Assembly (NCBI GenBank): GCA_964035545.1
Contig: OZ037766.1
Span: 28,875,673-28,939,672 of the forward strand
Direction of reading: 5' to 3'
DNA length: 64,000 bases
From: Bugula neritina
Taxonomy: Eukaryota > Animalia > Bryozoa
Part shown: in pieces, positions 1 through 19,940 of the stretch
Layout: every line of letters starts with the position of its first letter
Position numbering within the stretch: the stretch's first letter is position 1
Program-made: the position numbers and the translations under genes
The notes under the pieces: model-generated
Databases searched by the model: none
What the model was told of the DNA's origin: nothing
Seen by the model: the letters and a program-made list of their open reading frames with translations, nothing else

Positions 1-546
1 TTTCCATGATAGAGTGTTAGAAAACTGGTTAAGTTGAACTATAATATATTATAGAGAAATTCTATAGAAGTAAAGCATACCTAAAATTAGTTTACATGAG
101 TTAATATAAAAAGAATAAAATATTTCTATTATTCTGATAAACTTGTACTCAGAACTGATGATTAAATCAAATAACATTGAATGTGACTACATATACTGAT
201 GATTATTAGTTATTCTGTGAGCTGATAACATCAGGAAGTTAAGTTCTCTATTCCAAAATATTTGTAGGAACTTCCTCTTTAGACAGAAATTGAACACAGA
301 GTATAAGAAAGGCACATAAAAGTGTTTTCCACTCTGAGAGATGTTATTCTACAACAAAACTTTGAGTATAGTAACGTACAGCTATTTATGGTACACAGTC
401 TAAAATTGAAGATGGTATAGCTAAGGTTAATGGGGATCCTCACAATCAAGAAAAAAGAATACATGCACTATATTAAGTAGCAGAAGTTAGTAAATATTTG
501 TAATGATGATTACAATTCCAATTAAGAAATAGCTAGTTTAGATCAG

Positions 547-613
547 GGAGGGAACAGCCCTAGTCTAGGGGTTTCTCACAGGAATACAGTGACTCTAAAC
601 TTGTGTGTTTTTT
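547..613 (+). mobile_element. Internally deleted copy of the tRNA-derived SINE family
   Basis: Head (gggaacagcc...gtctagggg) is joined directly to the tail (tttctcacagga..agtgactctaaacttg) seen in the long copy at 37012-37229. Confidence 0.55.
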
Positions 614-1507
614 AGTCTAAGCCAGTGGTGCATGTCTATAACTTTTTCAGAGCAAAGTCTATACTGAAATGGAACATTCTGGTGTTGAGAGCCACATTGT
701 GAAATTTAGCTTGATCTGAGGACCATAGTATTAGCATATTTAATATAAGTTACTTTTTTATAAATTTCTATTCATATGACATCAGTGATAACTGTCTCAT
801 GTCAACGTATAATGTCCCATGCAATAGCTACTGCATGCTGCATGTTTTGTAGCATGTTTGTAAATAAAATATTTAAAAAATAAATTTTCCACTCTAATTC
901 ATATATGTAACTGTAAAAACTGATTTTATTTGTTAAATTTCATGCCTTTGAGGGCCACATAAATGTAGGCTGGTATATATTCTCATCTATAATAGCCCTG
1001 CATAAGGCCAGCTGTTGAACAGCCCTGTATTAAACTGATGATTGCTGCAAACCCAATCAGCCAATAACTTGTTAACAGTCACTAAGCTACCAAAACTTCA
1101 ATGGAATGCTGCAATGCTAAAATATATTTAGCCTTTAAATTTGATAAAAAACAAAAAAAATACATTGTTATAGTCTCCAAAATCTAAAACAGCACAAAAA
1201 CCAGTGACAATAAGAAGTATTGTATATACTAATGTAACAGCTAAAGACTTATTTTAACTTTATTATCAAACTGAATAGAGTAGAGAGATTGATTACACAT
1301 GCACTGGCTGCAGTCAATAGATGTGACTTGATCATTGGCTCCTTGTGAATATAAAAGTTGTATAAATTCTGTTCTAATCATAACAAGGTAGACATCGGCT
1401 GATCGATGCTATCAAAGAAGACTCAAAGAATAAAGTGATTTAGAAAGTTTTAAAGTGTTAATAATTGTGCTTTAATTTCATAAAAGTTTTGTTAAAAGAA
1501 CACAAAC

Positions 1508-7923
<6,416 letters not shown>

Positions 7924-9071
7924 ACAACTTTGTGCCGATGAGAATGTATAGTAGCTTTCATAACAGTAATATAAGTATCTGTATATTACCATTGTGTGTT
8001 TAATCTGGCATACTTTACTATATTTAGAACAAACAGCTCACTTGTGTTGTTTGTTCTAAATAGTTTGCTTCAACAAAATTCTTATCAAAAACTGCTTGAG
8101 CTATGTAATATTTTCTAGCCCAAGATAACATAATGTGCTTTACTGACCTAAAATTACTAATTGCAATACATAAACAGAAGTCATTAACAAAAATATGTTC
8201 TAAATACAAGAAAATAAAAAACCCACGTCACTGATTTCTATTGAATAGGTAAAAGGAAAGAGCATATATATATGAAACATTAGTTTAATGACTCACAGAG
8301 TTCCTATACTTCTGCAAACTAAATGAATAACCCTTCATACTGTAAAGAGTGCAGCACATGCATGTGATAATTGATGTCAAAGAAAGCGGTCTCTGTGAAT
8401 TATTTACTTTAGACTTCCCAGCTTTTATTGCTAAATTTGTGTCTCAAATTTGAAGAAGTGTCTTTTGTTACCAGTTTTGATTTTTTATTACTTCAGAAAC
8501 CCTGCAAAATTTCTGTATAGCAAGTCGAGTTCAGTAAATTGCTAGGCTCTTAACAAACCACATGTAAAATATAATAACTTTATTTGGGTAGTTCTTTTAT
8601 TATTGTCTAGAACTGAAAGTTGGTAAGCTAATAACTTAAAAGGTCTTTTCATGATTGTATTTAGCGACAGTTTAGCAGTTAGATAAAGATTAGGCTATAC
8701 TGGCACTACGATTTCTAAATACTTACAGGTGCATAGCAAGTATTTCACTCAACATCAATATATTCTTACTCTAAAATATTTGTGCTTCAACTACATGTCC
8801 TTTTAGTGCAAATATTTATTTTTAAAAAGTTCAACCTCGAAAAGCTTCCTACAATTGAAACTTCAACCAGTCGTTTAAAGTTTATAATACTTGGTGTTGG
8901 CTGTGATAGAAATCCCTGAATTCAATTTTCAAAAACATTATATGTATAGCCTAAGACAGAATAGCAAGAAACTATATACGCACATGAGAGAAGTAGGAGT
9001 GCTGCAAGGCTCAGTATTTTAGTTGAGCTATTATAAAAAGCATATATGATATACCTATCTAATATATCATC

Positions 9072-9225
9072 AAGTTAATATAAAAAGAATAAAATATTTC
9101 TATTGTTCTGGTAACAAACTTGTACTCAGAACTGAGGATTGAATTAGATAACACTGAATGCAACTGAATACGAATGATTATTAGTAATTCCATGAGCTGA
9201 TATGAACCAGGAACTTCCTTCTTCA
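9072..9225 (+). repeat. Diverged direct repeat of 99-~275
   Basis: Shared blocks AGTTAATATAAAAAGAATAAAATATTTCTATT, AAACTTGTACTCAGAACTGA, GATTATTAGT, GAGCTGATA and GGAACTTCCT occur in the same order. Confidence 0.85.
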
Positions 9226-9264
9226 ACTGAATACCTCAATATACAGTCTAATAGAAACACCTGG

Positions 9265-9268
<4 letters not shown>

Positions 9269-9352
<84 letters not shown>

Positions 9353-9439
9353 TACTCTGTTCTGTGCTGATAAGGGGACAAATCCCGAAACAGCTGCTGT
9401 CCACAGATTGAGATATATATATATATATATATATATATA
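9269..9439. repeat. Two (TA)n microsatellite tracts (9269-9350, ~9413-9439) bracketing a ~62-bp unique insert
   Basis: Directly visible. Confidence 0.95.
9361..9407 (+). ncRNA. Solo minimal hammerhead ribozyme motif (probably a degenerate PLE relic)
   Basis: TCTGTG-CTGATAA-G-GGGA caaa TCCC-GAAA-CAGctgCTG-TC-CACAGA: 6-bp stem I, 4-bp stem II, stem III and GUC triplet ending at 9401. The core has A in place of the conserved G8. Confidence 0.7.
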
Positions 9440-10247
9440 GATTTGTGCTTTTTATAGTTTACTTTTAGCAAGTACGCTAGGATGCTTTTACCCAGTAGCT
9501 CTTTCAAAGCCTATAAAACAAGTATAAAATGTAATACTATAAGACACATTTGATATCATCAGTTGAGGTTATACATGATTTACTTGTATCAGAGTAAGTA
9601 CACTAGTAGAATGGAGTATATAGATGTATGAAAAGTGTTCCACGGACACACAAAAATCTAAACCAAGCAATATTTTCTTGAAAATTTCTCTTCTCTTACA
9701 TTCTAAAATATTTTAGTCTATAGTCATGTTGGTTAGGTTCAGTGAAGTTTTTTGCTTCTGAAAACAAACAAGTGGAAGCCAATTGAAATGCATTTAAATT
9801 CAACATTATTAGCATTGAAATATTTTTACTCACACCAAATAGAAATTTCTCAAGTTGTAGCTGTTCTATATTTATTTTCATAGCGCTTTGTTTTGAAACT
9901 TTTTGTTGAGCATCTTTTTATGGTCACCGTACATAACAAGTTAGCCATTTAATACCACTCGCACATGTACATTAACACCACATATGCAAATACAATTATA
10001 AAAGCTTTGGGTAAAGATTGAAAGTAAGAAGTGAATTGTACTGGAGCACTTAGCTTAATATTTAGACTATAAAGAGACGACAACTATGGACAACTGATAA
10101 AGCTGACGCTCACCTTTAATGAACAGGTATAATGTTATCTCATTATGTAAATGTTAGTACTGATACCTCTTCTCCAATGTTTGTTTTATTAGGATTTATC
10201 ACAAAAGAGAAATAAGTACGGGCTATAGTTAGTGTACCTGCTTCATC

Positions 10248-13200
10248 ATGTTGGTATGTATAGTAAAGTTATGAATAACTATTCTTTGTAGTTTTAGATC
10301 TTGTTGCGCTATATCCCAGTGGGTATTAGTCTGCTTTACATAAGCATACAGCTTATAAGAGTTGACATTAGAACTGACAAGTGTGAGGGTTTATACATTG
10401 ATAATAACTTTATGTTGTGACTTAAGCATTAGTGAAGAACGCTAATATTATTAGCAATTTTTAGCTAAACTGCTAGCTAGTGAGAGTTAAAGAAGCTTTA
10501 TGTATGCATTATAGAATATATCTACTGTCCTATATCACAACATATGTGTCAAAGACTAAAAAGACTTTTTCAGTAATGTAATGCTTTGAACAAACCATAA
10601 GGAGCAAAAAAGTTGACTAGAAAAGTTTGCTTAAATTGCAGCTTATCTTTATAAGATAAAACTTTCACCAAGTTTACCTCATGATTCAATTTGCTCTAGA
10701 GCAAAGAAATGCTCAGTTTTTAGTCTAATATTGTCACCAATGCATGTAACTAATCAATATAAGTGAAAATCAATATTATCACAATATATCTCAACATCAT
10801 TTTAATATATTAGCAAATTAGTTGGTAATTTGTTGGTTATTTCTTGAGCTTAAAAATTCTGACTTGAAATTAGAAGTTTGGGGGTATTAACATTCTGGTC
10901 AAAATCAATGTGGTCTAGGGGCTACAGCACTGGCTTACTAAACACAAGGTCTGTGGTTTGACCCTAGTAAAAGCCATTGGTGGTTTTAAGAAAGGCATTC
11001 AATCATAATTTCTCCTTTGCCACAAGAGTGAATATAGTCTAGCCAGCTTAAAAAGCCTTTTTCATCATTGATGGCAGATATACGTTGCCTAGTAAGACAG
11101 CTATCTTTAAGTGATAATTTTTTATGTTGTGGAGCTTTATTTTTTATAGTTCGAAATAATTAAACCTACCATAATAGTGCTATCTTGCCATGTGAAGTCA
11201 CCAACTTTCTTACAAATATAATATTTGTTTAATATCAGAGTACTCTTGATAAGTCATGCGACAACAAAGACTCAAACATTAAAAGCTTGCAAAAGTAGAG
11301 TCATGGTTTATTTACCCACTGATAAAATTGTAATACATTCTGAATAAAGAGTAAGTACTTGGTTATAGTTCACGTGATATATAATAGTATATTTGATGGT
11401 ATAAATGCGTTCTAAAAATTGTTACAGACGCAAGTTCTGCTCTTCTTGCTTATCTTCTCTCAAACTGATGCACAAAGAATTCCCACTTTCCAACTCTGTC
11501 AACAACAAGATGTACGTGTTGAGACAGATACTTATGGCTTTATAGAACTAGAAGACACCAACACAGCTGGCAGCTGTACTTTGACCATTTCTGGGTTAAA
11601 GAGTTATGTTACTCTACTGGGAATTGCTGGAGATCCAGTACCAGGATGTACTGACCTAGTCTATGTAAATGACCAAGAACACTGTATAAACCAGACGGCT
11701 TTCCCATTGGTGATAGATATTAGAGTGGCTGTTCTAAATATTACCATACCAGTTAATTCTTCACCTTTCTCTGTTGAGTACCAGGACAATGGTAAGTTAA
11801 AGTTAATTATATTATATAATTATCACAAATGCACTGTTTTATAAATACTGTTATTAAACAATTGATATAAAACAGTTTCTATGGCAAAAACAAATTATAC
11901 AAGTAAATCAGGGAGAGAATATTTTTTGTTAGTATTTTTCTTCAATAGTCCTGAAAGTAGACGGTTGTTTGTCTAAATATGAACATTTTTGCTAAAAAGT
12001 ATCTGTAGATTTTTATTTAATGCTAGTTATTGGGCTTTTATCACCACATTTATCTTAGTCCAATCTAATTCATCCTATCCATTTAGATAAGATTGCATTC
12101 AAGGACCAAATAGCTTTTAAAATGCAATGCCATTCTATGAACAACTATGCAACAGTCACTGAAAGCCAATGCTTACATTTGTAGCTATTGTGTAAATTTT
12201 AAAAAAAATGTATTATTAACAGCAATTCACACCAAAACGTGCTTTTCCAAATTGCAATGCTTGTAATTAAAATAGTTTAAAATGTATATATTAATTTAAT
12301 GGTATATCATTTGCTTTGCAGTTATCCTATGTGGCACAGATGTAACCTTACCTACTACCCCACAATCAAATGAACTTTCTGGGATAATAATTAGTAGTTA
12401 CCCAATAGCCTTTAAGCCAATATCAACTTGTGAGTCAAAAATATCCAACTTACCAAGTAGTAACGTACGATATAAAATTTACCATGAGTCAACAAATAAG
12501 TCAACAACAACTAATACAACGCCAACTACAGAATCAAATACAACAACAACAGCAGCACCAATTACAACAACAGCAACACTCACAGCAATTAATGCAACAC
12601 TCACAACAACATCAACTACAATACCCACAACAGCACCAACTACAACAACAGCATTCAGAGATGTATTTCTCATTGATGGAGACCAAGTTATTCCAGATGG
12701 AGAATTTATTGCATCAGTGAAAAACAATATGTCTACAACATCTTTGTATTCACCATTGGGCTTCAGATCAGCTAGGTTTTTCATCAAGTATTCGGGTAAA
12801 TTTATACTGTACTAGCCACTATGCACTACTCACTGTGTACTACTCACTGTGTACTACTCACTGTGTACTACTCACTGTGTACTACTCACTGTGTACTACC
12901 CACTGTGTACTACTCACTGTGTACTACTCACTGCATGTGTACTACTCACTGCATGTGTACTACTCACTGTATACTACTCACTGTATACTAATCACTGTGT
13001 ACTACTCACAGTGTATTATACTCACTGTGTACTACTCACTGTATACCACTCACTGTGTACTATACTCACAGTGTACTACTTACTGTGTACTACTTACTGT
13101 GTACTACTCACTGTATACTACTTACTGTGTACTAGAACTCACTGTATAATAAATTATTCAAGCTGTTCAAAAGAAGATTGTAGAGAGATCAATATAGTTT

Positions 13201-16200
13201 CTTAAGATTATTTAGATAAATTTACTTCTATGCCTCTATAGTTGTGACATGTGGTGATCTTCCTATGCTGCCAAATGCAATAGCCCCACTCAACATTGTG
13301 CCTTGGTACCCTGGAAGTAGAGAGACTTATGTCTGTAGGACTGAATATAAACTGAAGGATGAGCTAGCGAAGGCTGAGTGTAAAATCAATGGAGCTGAAG
13401 CTATTTGGACCGATTTGGATGACATTAAATGTATTCCACGTATGTAATTATTGTGAAGAATATTTAATATGCTATATAGTGCTGGATCAATAATTGTGTT
13501 CAATTATATTATGTATGTCTACACAGTATCTGTGGTAATATTACATTATATAGACATATTAGTATTGATTGGATTAATACATCACATATATGAATTATAG
13601 TGTTGAGTGTATTATTTTATTATATGTGCATTAGGATTGATTAATTGTATTAATGTATTATATATATATGCATATACATATTACACTCGATAATTATTTA
13701 TTGCAGAGCCCATATGCTTCAGACCTCCTCCACAATTTCCAAACTCAATCCCTTCTAAAAGACTTTTTGATTGGATAGTAGACTACACATGTATCAAAGG
13801 CTATTATGCTAAAGGAACTAAGACTATCTCGGTGTGTTCCTCTACAGACCCAGAAACCACACCTTGGGAGTGGGAGTTAGCTTCTCCCGAATGCTCTAAA
13901 AGTATGCTATATACCTTACTATCTGCATACATTGTTACTGTAAAACGTGCAAGTATGTTATAATCTATTATTATAGTAAAATATTGCAATGTCCCACTAT
14001 TACAATCGATTCAAGACATATGGGACTTAACCTAACTCTACCATTTCTCCTTCCAGTTGAGTGTGACGTCCCAAATGACTTCTTGGACACGAAAACGGGC
14101 TGGATAACCTCACAAGGAACAGGTGGAAAGTATTATTACAGAGAAATGTTTGAATATAGGTGTTACACTCCACAGTATCTCAAGTCACCTGGTCATAACT
14201 TTATTCAGTGTGGAAGTGATGGAAACTGGAGCACCTCCCCTCTGTGTGTTGAGCAGAGTAAGTCTTTTAGTATAGTTCACTTGTGCTACATTCTGTTAGC
14301 AACATTTATATGTATCATCATATATTATGATTAGGAATATGCTATATTATAGCATTATGTTGTTTTATTAGTCTATAATACTATAATAGCAATATATAAA
14401 GCAATATTTAAAATGACACGCTTTTTATGCAATAGTTGCGGTTATATATATAGCAAATGGTCCCTGTTGAAAAATATTTGATATTTCAACTATAACTTTC
14501 CACTGCCAGAAGTAATAACATGCAATAGTAGTCATGGCTAGTACATGATCACTATCATTAAGTAGAAGTTTCTATGCAATAAGCTAGATTTTTAAATTGC
14601 TTGTTACAAAAAAGTCAAAATATGTGCCCATTTATTATAAAAAAAATTGGAAAGTTTTCTTACTTTAATTACAATCTGGACATTAAAAAAGGTGCAGATT
14701 ACTAATTAACTCGATAATTTTACCGAATAACCAAATAAAACACTCCATGCCATGCATTTCTGTTTTATCTCGTAATTTTTTACATTGTATAAAGTTAATA
14801 ATACATTTATTATATTATTCTTCACCAATTGACACAATAACATATATCTTTAGGATGATTTAAAAATGAAGCCCACATATTTAAAGCTTGACATTTTTAC
14901 CAAATCAAATAGAATGTTATTCAATTGCAAATATTAAGACTAGCAGAAATCTTTTATGTTTGCAGCTCCCAAATGTTCACCACCTGTACATGCTGAACAT
15001 AGTGAGTACAAGATGGATAGTTCGAATTTATCAGTCGTCTACTCTTGCAAACCTGGCCATGGAAAACTATCAGGTGATTTTATTCACACATGTAGATGGA
15101 GAGAGCACAACTCTGTTTGGGATGGGGAACCGCCCACTTGTGAGTCATACATCAGAGATGGAGTACCTGCTGGTAAGACAACCCCTAAATCAAACTATGC
15201 CGTGATATTTAATTATGTTGCATAATGATATAATTGTCAAATTACGATACGCAGGAATATTATACAGTTGTACATCTAACATTGCATGTGATAGGGCTTT
15301 CCACGGTAAATAAATCACGTTTCCAGAATTGTTGAGTCAATTTTCATTTTATTTATTGTGTTTTAATATTTGCTGATGACAGAAATTACTTTTACGGTAG
15401 TTTTTACTAAGTCCTTGCTTCTGTCAAGCAATTTAATATGCAGTTCATGTTACCTCAATACATAAAGCGTAACACAAAACTATGGCTTTAATGTTTATTT
15501 CAAAACTTTTGTTTACGCCAGTATCCTCATAACCCAGTTGTATGCAAATCCTTTTGGGATTCATCTTCTATTGAATTCATATTATTATTCATTTCAAGTT
15601 AAGAATGACTCAAGTTTGTTGCTAATTTGATAAATTAAAGTTTTCACTAGAACCTTTGCTAAACAGTAGAAAAAAAATTTGTCATTACGACGTTTATTTA
15701 ATTTTATTTAATAATCTATATTCTTTCTGCGATTGTCTCCCATGTGCATTATTTCAACACTTAAAAATCACAGCTAATGATCAGTTTGATTATACTTAGC
15801 TAGAAACTTGGTCACGTTGAGCACATGACCTTAAATCATCAGGACTTATATTGCCTCGGACGATTCAATCAATGCCACACCTCAATGACTTTCAGTAATT
15901 ATAAAGCATTTTATTGTAGGATCACTAATTGGAGTGAGCGTGGGACTGGTAGTTATCATCCTAATACTGGTGGCAGTTCTTATCTTGGGTATTCTAAAAT
16001 ATAGACGACAGATGGACACCATGTCAAGTAGAAGACAATTAACAGTTTTACCACCAGGAATAAGCAACACTTCGTTCATAAACTCCGAACAGTCAGCTTC
16101 TAAACCAACTACGCGTCTGGCATACGAGAGTCTAAAACCACCTTCTGTCAGAGCATACACCGATGTTACACCAACTTATATGAACACAGAACATGAGGTA

Positions 16201-16326
16201 AAGAGCAACGAGAAAACTAAAGTCAAGGCCAAATCTTCTGCACCAGTTTACGATCAAGTGGCAGAACCAGTTCAGCATGAAATCTATGAAAACGTCAGCA
16301 ACAACAATAATAACAAGAGAACATAA
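10248..16326 (+). CDS. Type I membrane protein (~683 aa): signal peptide, two divergent CUB-like modules (second with Thr-rich insert), four sushi/CCP domains, TM helix, Tyr-motif tail
   Basis: Exons 10248-10253 (ATG TTG|gtatgt; least certain), 11428-11791, 12322-12795, 13242-13439, 13707-13901, 14057-14257, 14966-15172, 15920-16326 join in frame. Four symmetric phase-1 exons of ~200 nt each carry the C..P...Y.C...C....W....C sushi pattern. TM segment LIGVSVGLVVIILILVAVLILGIL is followed by KYRR. The CUB assignment is tentative. Confidence 0.8.
10905..11100 (+). mobile_element. Degenerate tRNA-derived SINE copy
   Basis: TGTGGTCTAGGGG..., GGTTTGACCC, CCATTGGTGG..AAGAAAGGCATTCAATCATAATTTCTCCT match the family. 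Confidence 0.7.
12822..13148. repeat. 15-bp intronic minisatellite (TACTCACTGTGTAC-type unit, ~21 copies)
   Basis: Directly visible; begins ~25 nt after the donor at 12796. Confidence 0.95.
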
Positions 16327-19300
16327 ACAATTTATTTTACACAATCAATCAGAAGTATTGCATTTTCATGTTTGTGTTTATTATGATTTCTTTAAAGATG
16401 TCATTATTGGTGACAACTTTCTAAACTGCATGAATTTTAAGATGCTTTTTTAATTTGATTACTTTAAATAATGTTAGCATTGCTCATAGTAAGAATACTA
16501 TAAGCCAATCAAGATCAACCCATGGTATCTGATAATTGCTTTACATGTTATTTATTCAGAACTAATTGTATTTGTTCATTTATTATAGAATATGTTGATT
16601 TGCTGAAAGATAAAAATTAATATAAACCAATGGTGAGACTCCAAAAAGGGAAACTCTGATCAGATGATCTGTATTACCATTATGCTTCGTGCAGTTTTCT
16701 ATAGCAACATATTTTATTAAAATCCATATGAATGTCTTATAAGGATTTAGCTCGACATTATCAATGAGTTAATGAGTTATTAATAGAATAATATTATCCT
16801 CTATAGAGTTGTCAAAGAGGTGCACTGTATACTAAAGCTTCTTGAAAAAATGTGCAACTGATGTATAGTTATAGAGTAAAACTTATATGGTAATGGATTG
16901 TTATATTTCCAAATTTTCTATAATTGCCATCTAAAAGTACTCATAAATTTTGCACAAGTAATTAATTTATATTAATATTGTAAAACATAAAAAATCAGAT
17001 ATCACAATATCATATATATATATGGCATTAAATATGTTATGCGCAATGTTTTAATATGCAATGTATGGTATTATAATACATGCATGTTGCTGAGGTGTAG
17101 AAAATTACTATTAGGTTGAGAAGGTCGAGGGAGAATGTGTAAGATCAAGATGGCAGCATTTTAACAAGTCGACTTTCATTTAAACCAAATAGTAGCTTTA
17201 TTAATTCATTTTTAGCAGTTTAATCTTCAAAAGCTGTTATAACTTTATTTATAAATCAATAAAATTATTGATTTAAAATTTCTTTGCAAGTAGGTCAGCA
17301 AGCACGCTGTGTCTATCATCGTCATAGGATTGGCATTGCTTGTTCTCATCTGTAAGTGATGTAATGCTTTTAAGCTCATTTTTTGCAATAAAATAATAAA
17401 ATAATATTATAACAAATTATTAAATGACCTGTATTTTTATCAAAATATTTTGATATCAATATATTTGCGCTAAAAGCAACATATTTCTTATGTAGGTTTG
17501 CTTCAGCAGGCTACAAACTTATTACATAAGCACATTTTATATGCATTATAACATTCTCCTTGACTAAAATATCATAACAGCACCTATAGTATCATAGAAG
17601 CAGTTTTATAATAATATGAAAAAAGCTGTAGAGTTTAGAAGTACCAGATGACATGTCATTCAACACTGGATGGAAATATAAACAAGCCATAAATAGAGGA
17701 TACTCAAGTTTTAAAATCCACACTATTTCAACGTGAAGTGCCAACACAGTATGCATTATATTTCTATACAAGTTAATATTGCTTTGTCTTAAAAGCTATC
17801 CTATAGAGTTAGTACACTACATTTCAATAGAATAAGAAGCATTTATTGAATACTGTGATTATTGACAATGTAGATTCAAATTGCGTGAGTGTGCTTCTCA
17901 ACTGCAATATCCTTTTTTTTGTATTTCCTACAAATAAACACTTTGGAGAGTTCATAAGACAAGAAATATTTATATGAGGAAATTTTATTTAACCAGCCCG
18001 TAGTCAAAACCTTCAACCCTAGAGACTTGCGTCTGCTTAAAGCTTTTTGTAAAGGAATAAGTTTGTGCGGCATGCCATAACGTCATTAAATAAAGCCATG
18101 TAAGTGCAGTTCGTGTCAAAGGAAATTATTTTTATATCAGATAAAGAGGGGCAAATCATACTTTCGCCATGTCACAACAATCATAAACAAAATCCTTTGT
18201 TCTCTAAATATAGCGAATAATGTAATGGCTATTTTGTTTGTTGATTGAAATAGATTTTATTAGTTTGCACACCCAGTATTCAAGGAATCAAACATGGCTA
18301 CTCTGGCATGACGATTTCTTTTTACTACAATACTTCTAGTATCTTGTTACTAACTTAGATTTAGTCATGTGCAGATCCCCGTCAATGAAATCTTATAGTT
18401 ATGAATTACCTAGAAAATAAATCGACTGATGTCATGCCAATTACTCTATTTATTGTAGCTTAAATATTACTAAATTTGTATCGATAAACAGTCATCTTTG
18501 TGTGACTTGTAATAAATTGACTACCGCAATTTTCTGAAGAACTGTCATATCAGTAAATTAATATGATTGATTGAGTTAATTCCAGTCTGGATACAAATTT
18601 GTTAGAATTTCTTTTAGCGATTTATTTAGTATTTTTAATTTAAGTTGATGCTTGCATTGCCAACTACTTGATTATGCAACAAGTAAACTTTTCTCATAGA
18701 CTGGTAGACTCCTCTTGTATTACCACTCAATGCTGTAATTGTGAAATAGGCTGTCAGAGTAATTAATGTTTTGCAAAAATAGTCTACAGTTACTATTTAA
18801 CATAAACAGTTACGTGTACAACAGCTAATAAACCGAGGTAAACAAGTAATTATGTCACAATTTGTGAAGTAGCACAAATAAACACAAATAAACATAACCA
18901 AATTCAGTAAGATGGCTAAATAGATGCATGACGTTGACCAAAGGTAATCAAAGCTACACTATATTATCATATTATTGTAATGTTGTAACAGCAATAAAGG
19001 ATTTGCAATACTATTCTTATTTTGAGGATATTTCTATGCAAAACTCTAATGAGCTGCATGATTCAGCGTGTGCTCCTTCCGTTGCACACTCCCCTGATAG
19101 CTCACTCAGTTAGAACACTGCTATTTTAGCACAATTTCTAGCCATAGACAAATTAGGGTGGTCTCAGAACAAGTCCTTCAGCCTTTATAATGCTAAATAA
19201 GTTCTAATTGAATTCATAATCTTAATCAATATGATACTTTATTGACATCTCGTATTATATAATTACAAACTTCTAAAAAAATATGACTATTTTCCAGTAA

Positions 19301-19940
19301 AATAAAAATAGTGAGCGAATGAAATAATTTCCTATGGCCTACTGTACACTACCATGCAAATAGCTGTTTGCTGTTAATTAAATATCTATGATGTTATCAC
19401 AATACACTAAAATGTAAGCATTTCTTGCCTATAGTAATTATAAACTTGCCACATAAAAAATGTTAGCACAGCTATTAAGTTATCCATACTCTGTTTACAT
19501 TTAAAAGTGCCTATTATATTTTATTTAATCATAAAGTGCTTTAATTAAAACAGAACTTATACAAGAAAACAGCCAACAAATATAAAATACAGCTTTATGC
19601 GCAGTTGTAAATGTATTCCATGAATGTAAATTGTTAGTGTTTGATGAAACACTACTTTTACAAAAACAAGAATAAAAGCTGTTTATGAGCATATTTAAAA
19701 TAGGTCTTTTTTACCTGCTTTTAGTTCCATGTGGAAAACTATAAGCAAATATAAGCATTGTATTATAATGTACAGTTATATAGTAGTATACTGTAAAATA
19801 TTACATTATAGTTTACAATTACATGTATATAGTACTATTTATATACTGTACAGTATAATACAATATTGTACAATAAAGTATAACAAGGTGCAATACTGTA
19901 CTACACATTGTAGCCTAGCTATAATAGTATATATAATATA

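Noticed and set aside
12430-12720. Poly-Gln ORF in the ORF track
   Set aside because: Alternative frame of the Thr-rich exon; splice phases support the Thr frame.
16400-19900. Possible gene in the long intergenic stretch
   Set aside because: Only short ORFs without recognisable motifs or a consistent exon chain.
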